A DNA stretch of 64,000 nucleotides from Deltaproteobacteria bacterium (GTDB lineage: Bacteria > Desulfobacterota > Syntrophia > Syntrophales > Smithellaceae): the NCBI GenBank assembly GCA_022710585.1, contig JAKLGV010000001.1, forward strand, positions 192,131 to 256,130, read 5' to 3'. The notes under the pieces were generated by a model, which saw only the letters and a list, made by a program, of their open reading frames with translations, searched no databases and was not told where the DNA came from. Position 1 is the first letter of the stretch, and every line of letters starts with the position of its first letter. The position numbers and the translations under genes were made by a program. Positions 57,303 through 64,000 of this stretch are shown in pieces.

Positions 57303-58298
57303 ATGAACAATCACAAGAAAAAAGAAATACCTTACGATGCCTGGTTGCTTTGGACGGTCACCAATGCATGCAATTTAAACTGCCCCTATTGCAACGCGAG
57401 CAATCCGGAAAAGATCCTTAAAAAATTTTATGATTTGGGATTTTTAAATTCGGCAATAATTGCATCGGTGAATCTGAGCAAACTGCTTGAGCAATCATTC
57501 CAGAAAGGCCCCTTTCGTGTTTACAGAGAGACCAAAGCTAAATTAACGCCTGAGGCAGGAACGGCAATCGATATCCCGGCCCTCATAAGGACACTGGATG
57601 CAACACAAAAAATTTTTAAAATCAGTTTCACAGGGGGAGAACCTTTTCTCGTTCCGAATTTTATCGACGCATGTGAAGCAATTACAAAGAAACATTACAC
57701 CACTCTTTTCAGTAATTTAACATCTCCACAAATCAAGAGCTTCTGCGAAACAATAGATCCTCGAAGCGTATTGGAGATTTGCGGTTCGCTGCATATTAAA
57801 GAACTGGAAAAACGTCGTCTATTAGAAAGATATATAGAGAATTTTATACTCCTCAAAGCAAAAGGATTCAACGTTAGCGCGCAGGCCGTTGCTCATCCGG
57901 ACCTTTCAGGTGATGTTGAAAAATATCGGCTATACTTCAAAGAGAAGGGAATCGACATCGTGTTTGTTCCCTTCCGGGGACGGTATCACTGGAAGCAGTA
58001 TCCGAAATCCTACACCGGACAGGAGATTGAAAGATTCGGATTCGGACCTTTTCCGAAATCTCACACCGACATCATGAACTGTTTTTACCGGAAAGGAAAA
58101 ATGTGCAATGCCGGTTTCAATGTTGGCGTAGTCTTTCCATCCGGGGAGGCTCAGACTTGTTTTTTAATAGACCAAAGCATAGGAAATGTTTTTACGAAAA
58201 TTGAATTTCATAATAATTTAATCAAATGTCCGTTTAAATATTGTTCCTGTCCATTGAACATATATGATCCGACCCTTTTTGAGAAAGCATGTCAATAA
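57303..58298 (+). CDS. Radical SAM protein with a Cys-rich (SPASM/twitch-like) C-terminus
   Basis: WTVTNACNLNCPYCNA (CX3CX2C), FTGGEPFL, and a C-terminal C...CNAG...C...CPFKYCSCP. About 55 aa are inserted between the cluster motif and GGEP. Confidence 0.82.
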   Translation: MNNHKKKEIPYDAWLLWTVTNACNLNCPYCNASNPEKILKKFYDLGFLNSAIIASVNLSKLLEQSFQKGPFRVYRETKAKLTPEAGTAIDIPALIRTLDATQKIFKISFTGGEPFLVPNFIDACEAITKKHYTTLFSNLTSPQIKSFCETIDPRSVLEICGSLHIKELEKRRLLERYIENFILLKAKGFNVSAQAVAHPDLSGDVEKYRLYFKEKGIDIVFVPFRGRYHWKQYPKSYTGQEIERFGFGPFPKSHTDIMNCFYRKGKMCNAGFNVGVVFPSGEAQTCFLIDQSIGNVFTKIEFHNNLIKCPFKYCSCPLNIYDPTLFEKACQ

Positions 58299-59689
58299 TA
58301 CTATTAATAAAACCGAATATTACCAGCGCGCCGAGGGTTATACCGGCTCATAATCCACCGATGGGATTGATGTATCTGGCCTCGTATCTGAGACGTCTTG
58401 ACCAGAATAGAACTATTAAAATCGTGGATATGGCGCTTGAAGAATTGATGCCGGATGACCTTTGTGAGATTTTAAAAGAATTTCAACCGGATATTTGCGG
58501 AATTTCCTGCCTGACCATTAACGCAAAAAACGCCCACAGGATTTCTGAACGGATAAAAAAATGGAATCCAAATTGCCCTGTTATCTGGGGTGGTCCGCAT
58601 CCGACATTCATGCCATACAAAGCGCTGGAATCAAAGTTTGTTGATTATTGTGTCATAGGAGAAGGCGAAGAAATATTTCATCGACTGATTTCAGCTCTCG
58701 AACAAAATAAACCGTATGACTCCCTAGAAGGAATCGGCTATCGGATAGAAGACAAAATAATTTTGAATAAACGACCCTCTGCTCTGGACATTCAACATTT
58801 ACCCTGGCCTGCATACGATTTGATTTCGGTTAAAAAATACTGGACGGCAAAGATTCCTCCGCAATCTGGAAGGCTGAAATATTCCGAGTATATGACGGTA
58901 ATGAGTTCGAGGGCATGCCCCTATAGATGCATCTATTGCCACAACATTTTCGGGAAAGCATTCAGGGCAAGAGAACCTGAAGAATTTGTCGAAGAAATGG
59001 TGATGCTTAAGAAAGATTATGGAGTAAGGGAATTTGACATCATCGATGATGTTTTCAATCTTGATCAAGAGAGAGTTTTAAGAATATGCGATCTCATTGG
59101 CCAGAAGCTTCCCGGAATAGCAATAGCGTTTCCCAATGGACTGAGAACCGATCTCCTGGACAAAGAAACACTCCGCGCCCTGAAAAAGGCGGGAATGTAC
59201 TATTTCGCGGCAGGCATTGAATCCGGTTCGCCGGACATCCAAAAAATAATTAAAAAAAATCTGGACCACAAGAAGGCTTCCCGGGCTATTGAAGATGCGG
59301 CAAAAATGGGGATCATCGTTCATGGATTTTTTATGATGGGTTTCCCGGGAGAAACTGAAGAACAGTTAAACATGACCATCGATTTCGCACAAAAAAGCTC
59401 TCTGAACACCGCTGCATTTTTTGCAGTCACCGCCTATCCGGAAACAGAGCTGTTTGAAGTTGCAAAAAAAATGGGCATCTCTCTATCCGAAGATTTTGAC
59501 ACGTATCACCATCATCAAAACACCTTGAATTTGACTCATATGTCACTGGAGAAGTTGAGATTATACCGAAAGAAGGCTTATTGGAATTTTTATTGCAATC
59601 CGAAAAGAATATATAAGATTATCTCGATGACACCCCGAAAAGCCGATATCCTAACCAATTTAAAAATACACGTCCGGGATTTTTTTTAG
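58289..59689 (+). CDS. B12-binding-domain radical SAM protein (class B type)
   Basis: N-terminal ILLIKPN...PPMGLMYLASYL, ISCLT and GGPHPT (B12-binding-like). SSRACPYRCIYCHN. It overlaps the upstream radical SAM gene by 10 nt. Confidence 0.88.
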   Translation: MSIILLIKPNITSAPRVIPAHNPPMGLMYLASYLRRLDQNRTIKIVDMALEELMPDDLCEILKEFQPDICGISCLTINAKNAHRISERIKKWNPNCPVIWGGPHPTFMPYKALESKFVDYCVIGEGEEIFHRLISALEQNKPYDSLEGIGYRIEDKIILNKRPSALDIQHLPWPAYDLISVKKYWTAKIPPQSGRLKYSEYMTVMSSRACPYRCIYCHNIFGKAFRAREPEEFVEEMVMLKKDYGVREFDIIDDVFNLDQERVLRICDLIGQKLPGIAIAFPNGLRTDLLDKETLRALKKAGMYYFAAGIESGSPDIQKIIKKNLDHKKASRAIEDAAKMGIIVHGFFMMGFPGETEEQLNMTIDFAQKSSLNTAAFFAVTAYPETELFEVAKKMGISLSEDFDTYHHHQNTLNLTHMSLEKLRLYRKKAYWNFYCNPKRIYKIISMTPRKADILTNLKIHVRDFF

Positions 59690-59755
59690 ACCTACGGGAA
59701 TTACTGTTTTATTCGGAAACGAAAAATAATCTTATCTGAAGCGAAAGCGTCAAAG

Positions 59756-60421
59756 CTAATAGGGCTTATGATCTCCATATTGCGCCATTTCATAACGCAT
59801 CACTCGATGCATACAGAACATGCCGGGAACATCCGGAATATTCTTGACGTTGCCCGTCCGAATTTTAAATTGACGCTTCAGAAAAAAACCAGTCACAAGA
59901 TGATAATGATCCGGATTGATAATCGGCGGTTTCCACAGGATCACACGGGCAATAATGTTATTGATTTCCTGCGGCAGGCACAGAACAATAAAGCCATCCG
60001 GTTTGCAAATCCTGATCATTTCGTGAATCGCATTGGCCGGTGTGCGCATATGCTCCAGAACGTCCGCGCAAATGATACCGTCGAAAAAATTGCTCTCCAG
60101 GCTGGTGTGATTCAGATCCTCCCGCCTTAAAATAGCGTGAGGAGCCTTTTTTGCGGCACGCTGCAGACGCTTTTCGGAAATATCAATGCCCCACAATTCT
60201 CCGCATTGAATTTCCTGCAGCATATAACCGTCGCCGGTTCCGGCATCGAGGATTCGTTTCCCGGCCATATCGCCGGCCAAGGCCAGGCAGACATCAATTC
60301 TTCTGCGGTTCAGCCAGTGAACGGACTTGACCGATGACTCATAATAGAGACTGTGCGGCAGGATATCCGCCATTTCCTCTTTGACGTCGCGCTCATCAGC
60401 TTTCATGAATGTTCTTCCCAA
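59756..60421 (-). CDS. Class I SAM-dependent methyltransferase
   Basis: ILDAGTGDGYML (motif I), FDGIICADVLEHM, GFIVLCLP. Confidence 0.8.
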   Translation of the reverse strand: MGRTFMKADERDVKEEMADILPHSLYYESSVKSVHWLNRRRIDVCLALAGDMAGKRILDAGTGDGYMLQEIQCGELWGIDISEKRLQRAAKKAPHAILRREDLNHTSLESNFFDGIICADVLEHMRTPANAIHEMIRICKPDGFIVLCLPQEINNIIARVILWKPPIINPDHYHLVTGFFLKRQFKIRTGNVKNIPDVPGMFCMHRVMRYEMAQYGDHKPY

Positions 60422-60568
60422 GCTTCGGGGATTTCAGTTTAAATTTTATTTAACACTTGTGCATGAACTATAGAAAGACTGATTTTGCGTGTCAAGAAAA
60501 AAGCTGATCCGGCAAAATAATCCTAAAATGTAATTGCAATGAAAGATATCCTGCGCTAAATAGAGACC

Positions 60569-62203
60569 ATGCGTAAGTTTAATTTTTTCTTTTTTTATTG
60601 CCTGATAATTTTAGCGTTAACCGCCTGCGGCAGCAGGCAGGAAACGGAAAAAGCAAAACAGCCGGAAGCCAAACCGCCGGCCTACGGTGACATTCTGGTC
60701 CGCGGCGACATCGGCGACGCCAGCAATCTGATTCCTCTGCTGGCGTCCGATTCGGCTTCACATAATGTTGCCGGCATGGTGTTCAACGGCCTGGTCAAAT
60801 ATGACAAGGATATGAACATTGTCGGAGACCTGGCCGAATCCTGGGACGTTTCCCCTAATGGCCTGATCATCACGTTTCACCTGCGCAAAGGGGTGAAGTG
60901 GCACGACGGGCATCCCTTTACATCCGCTGACGTTCTTTATACCTATCAGGTCACGGTCGATCCCAAAACCCCCACGGCTTACGCCGGTGATTTTCTCAAA
61001 GTCAAAAAAGCGGAAGCGATCGATGACTACACTTTCCGGGTCACCTACGATAAACCCTTTGCTCCCGCCCTGATCAGCTGGAGCAGCGCCATTCTGCCGC
61101 GGCACTTGCTCGAGGGCAAAGACATCACGAAAAGTCCTCTGGCGCGACACCCTATCGGCACCGGCCCCTATAAATTTAAGGAATGGGTCACCGGCCAGAA
61201 AATAGCCCTGGTTTCCAATCCGGATTATTTTGAAGGCCGGCCGTATCTGGACGGCCGTGTGACCAGAATTATTCCCGATTCCGCGACGATGTTTCTGGAA
61301 TTGCGGGCGCAGAATCTGGGCATGATGGGCCTGACGCCGCTGCAATACACACGGCAGACGGAAAATAATTTATTTAAAAGCCATTTCAACAAATACAGAT
61401 ATCTGAGCTTTGCCTACACCTATCTGGGCTATAATTTAAAGAATCCTCTTTTCGCCGACAAAAGAATCCGACAGGCGATTTCCTACGCCATTAATAAGGA
61501 TGAAATTATCAACGGCGTTTTGCTGAATCTGGGCAAGCCGGCGCAGGGTCCCTATAAACCGGGAACCTGGGCCTACAATGACAAGGTCAAAATTTACAAC
61601 TACGATCCGCAAAAGGCGCGTGAACTGCTGCGCGAAGCCGGATGGATAAAAGTCAATCCGGCGGGGATTCTGGAAAAAGAGGGCAAACCGTTTGTGTTTG
61701 AAATCGTCACCAATCAGGGCAATGAAACGCGGCAAAAATGCGCGGAAATTATCCAGCGTCAGTTGAAGGAAGTCGGCATCGATGTAAAAATCCGCATCCT
61801 GGAATGGTCGTCCTTTGTGACGGACTTTATCAACAAAAGACGTTTTGATGCCGTGATTATGGGCTGGACGATTCCGCTCGATCCCGATGCCTATGATGTC
61901 TGGCATTCCAGCAAAACAGCGCCGGAAGAATTGAATTTCGTTTCCTACAAAAATCCGGAAGTGGATGAAATGCTGGAGAAGGGACGCAGCACGTTCGACC
62001 AGAAGGAACGCAAAAAGTATTATGACCGCTTTCAGGAGATTCTTGCCGACGATCAGCCGTATACTTTTCTGTTTGTTCCCGAAGCGCTGGTGATCGTCAA
62101 CAAGCGTTTCCGCGGCATTGAACCGGCGCCGCTGGGGCTGGAGCACAACTACATCAAATGGTATGTGCCCAAAGACGAGCAGAAATTCACGATGACCCGA
62201 TAA
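60569..62203 (+). CDS. ABC transporter substrate-binding lipoprotein, family 5 (peptide/nickel, OppA/DppA-like)
   Basis: Lipobox LALTAC. LAESWDVSPNGLIITFHLRKGVKWHDGHPFTSADV, GTGPYKFKEW. Confidence 0.9.
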   Translation: MRKFNFFFFYCLIILALTACGSRQETEKAKQPEAKPPAYGDILVRGDIGDASNLIPLLASDSASHNVAGMVFNGLVKYDKDMNIVGDLAESWDVSPNGLIITFHLRKGVKWHDGHPFTSADVLYTYQVTVDPKTPTAYAGDFLKVKKAEAIDDYTFRVTYDKPFAPALISWSSAILPRHLLEGKDITKSPLARHPIGTGPYKFKEWVTGQKIALVSNPDYFEGRPYLDGRVTRIIPDSATMFLELRAQNLGMMGLTPLQYTRQTENNLFKSHFNKYRYLSFAYTYLGYNLKNPLFADKRIRQAISYAINKDEIINGVLLNLGKPAQGPYKPGTWAYNDKVKIYNYDPQKARELLREAGWIKVNPAGILEKEGKPFVFEIVTNQGNETRQKCAEIIQRQLKEVGIDVKIRILEWSSFVTDFINKRRFDAVIMGWTIPLDPDAYDVWHSSKTAPEELNFVSYKNPEVDEMLEKGRSTFDQKERKKYYDRFQEILADDQPYTFLFVPEALVIVNKRFRGIEPAPLGLEHNYIKWYVPKDEQKFTMTR

Positions 62204-62233
62204 GGATTTTCATAGCCCGTCGGTGTGATCAAT

Positions 62234-64000
62234 ATGACAAAGGATGATGAGAACTCAACAGGAATGGCCGATAAAATAAAAACCAATCACCTTAAGCCCC
62301 CGGCATCTGCGGCAATCAACCACGATCTGGCGTCGCTCGCGAAAGATATTATCGCCAGCGCCGGTGTGGGGATCTACATCGTTCAGGACACCCGCTTTGT
62401 TTATGTCAGCGAGCTGTATCAGAAGCTCACCGGCTACACGGATCAGGAACTGCTGGGCGATAATTCTCTCAAAAACATTCATGCGGATGACCGGGAAAAA
62501 GTCCGGCAGCAGGCGATCAAATGCCTCAAGAAAGAAAGCTTCGAACCTTATGAATATCGATTTACCCGCAAGGATGGTGAGCTGCGCTACATTCTGGAAA
62601 CCGTCACCCCCATTATGTTCAAGGGTAAACGCGCCACGCTGGGCAGTTTCATGGATATCACCGAGCGAAAAATAATGGAGGAAAAATACAGAGGCATTCT
62701 GGAAAACATTCAGGAGGCTTATTTTGAAGTCGATCTGAACGGTCATTGCATCTTCTTCAACGATTCGTTGTGTAGAATAACCGGCTATCCCCGGGAAGAG
62801 TTGTCGGGCGCCAGCTACAAGAATATTACGGATGAAGAAAACTCAAGAATTGTTTTTCAGGCGTTTCATAAAGTTTTCAAAACGGGCCAGCCCACGGAAG
62901 GCTTCGACTGGCGCATTAAAAGAAAAGATGGGACGCAATCGTACATTGAGGCGTCCGTGTCCCTGCAAAAAACAGCATCCGGCAAGCCCGTCGGCTTTAA
63001 AGGGATCATCCGGGACATCACCGAACGCAAGAACATCGAACAGGAACTCCAGCATCTCGCCACCCACGACACGCTGACTGGATTGCCCAACCGCCTGATG
63101 GTCGGCCAACTGCTGGATCACGCCATTCAATCCGCGCATCGCTACAACAGGCAGTTAGCTGTCTTCTTTGTCGATCTGGACCGATTTAAAACGGTCAACG
63201 ACTCGTTAGGCCACGATGCCGGAGACCGGCTTTTAAAGGAAGTCGCCGCGCGCCTCCGCCAATCCCTTCGTCATGTGGATGTGGTCGGCCGTCTGGGCGG
63301 CGATGAGTTTATTATTCTCATTGAAGATTTCCAGGACGTCAAACAGTTGGAAATTCTGGCGCATAAAATCCTGGCCACCGTCATGCAGCCGATGTTTCTG
63401 CTGGGGGAGGAATGCCGCGTCACGGCCAGCATCGGCATCAGCGTGTTTCCGCAGCACGGCCGGGATGAACAGTCGCTGATGAAAAATGCCGATATCGCCA
63501 TGTATTTTGCCAAAGAAGAAGGGAAAAATAACTTTCAGTTTTACTCCGAAAATATGCACGCGATGTCCAGCGCGCGTCTGGCCATTGAAACAAATCTGCG
63601 CCACGCCATCGAGCGCAACGAACTGTATTTGAACTATCAGGCCCAGCTGGATTTCAGAACAAACGAAATCGCGGGTGTGGAAGCACTGCTGCGCTGGAAC
63701 AACCGCTACCTGGGTCTGGTGACGCCCACCCAGTTCATTCCCATCGCCGAGGAAACGGGTTTGATTGTGCCGATTGGCCGGTGGGTCTTAAGAACCGCCT
63801 GCATGCAGAACGTTGCCTGGCAAAAGCAGGGGCTTCCGCCGGTGTCGATGGCGGTCAACCTATCGCTTCGTCAGCTGATGGATGAGACTTTTTTGCAGGA
63901 CGTCAGGGACATCCTGGAGGAAACCGGATTGGCGCCTCAATTGCTTGAGCTGGAAATTACCGAAAACATGGTCATGCACAGCCCCGCGCGGCTGATTCCG
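62234..64000 (+). CDS. PAS-PAS-GGDEF-EAL signalling protein (5' portion; continues beyond the window end)
   Basis: Absent from the ORF track because it is open at the window end. My translation runs 589 codons without a stop. It shows two PAS-like segments, then [10 protein letters not shown]...[10 protein letters not shown] (GGDEF), then VEALLRW...[10 protein letters not shown]...ELEITE (EAL). Confidence 0.9.
   Translation, partial: MTKDDENSTGMADKIKTNHLKPPASAAINHDLASLAKDIIASAGVGIYIVQDTRFVYVSELYQKLTGYTDQELLGDNSLKNIHADDREKVRQQAIKCLKKESFEPYEYRFTRKDGELRYILETVTPIMFKGKRATLGSFMDITERKIMEEKYRGILENIQEAYFEVDLNGHCIFFNDSLCRITGYPREELSGASYKNITDEENSRIVFQAFHKVFKTGQPTEGFDWRIKRKDGTQSYIEASVSLQKTASGKPVGFKGIIRDITERKNIEQELQHLATHDTLTGLPNRLMVGQLLDHAIQSAHRYNRQLAVFFVDLDRFKTVNDSLGHDAGDRLLKEVAARLRQSLRHVDVVGRLGGDEFIILIEDFQDVKQLEILAHKILATVMQPMFLLGEECRVTASIGISVFPQHGRDEQSLMKNADIAMYFAKEEGKNNFQFYSENMHAMSSARLAIETNLRHAIERNELYLNYQAQLDFRTNEIAGVEALLRWNNRYLGLVTPTQFIPIAEETGLIVPIGRWVLRTACMQNVAWQKQGLPPVSMAVNLSLRQLMDETFLQDVRDILEETGLAPQLLELEITENMVMHSPARLIP

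Noticed and set aside
62255-62746. A 163-codon minus-strand ORF after the SBP gene.
   Set aside because: It lies entirely antisense to the PAS domain region of the GGDEF-EAL gene, which reads through without stops to the window end.

Overview
The window looks like a chromosomal segment from an anaerobic, fatty-acid- or acetate-metabolising Gram-negative bacterium. The gene content suggests Desulfobacterota, but that is an inference, not a database hit. I found no rRNA, tRNA, CRISPR array, transposase or prophage gene. About 50 protein-coding genes can be supported. Housekeeping and energy genes: folD, gpmI, rpe, hflX, waaA, acs, etfAB plus a fused membrane FeS (CCG-domain) oxidoreductase, thiolase, crotonase, hbd, fadD, a four-subunit 2-oxoacid:ferredoxin oxidoreductase, a K+ channel and an MFS transporter. 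Envelope genes: blc, two beta-barrel OMPs and a LemA/TPM operon. Two AT-rich accessory blocks stand out. The first (1-6314) is a glycosyltransferase/methyltransferase glycan cluster. The second (53924-60421) combines a GT-C-like polytopic membrane protein, a UGM-like flavoenzyme, a SPASM-like radical SAM, a B12-domain radical SAM and a methyltransferase. I rate the second block the best candidate for an undescribed envelope-modification system. It sits next to a radical SAM with variant Cys spacing and a membrane-HD fusion gene (50986-53882). A second notable locus (39918-47208) encodes two paralogous Big_1-repeat lipoproteins, one with a (CC-x4)3-CC insert, followed by an OmpA protein with thrombospondin-type-3 repeats. 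Smaller observations: hflX conserved N-terminal codons have no canonical start and follow a short uORF and a hairpin; heptamer arrays lie in inverted orientation between rpe and a GT2 gene; a hairpin-forming REP-like family flanks the nitronate monooxygenase gene; and an OMP gene downstream of fadD carries a Tyr/Asp tract. All functional calls rest on motif recognition by eye in the supplied translations. No searches were run.
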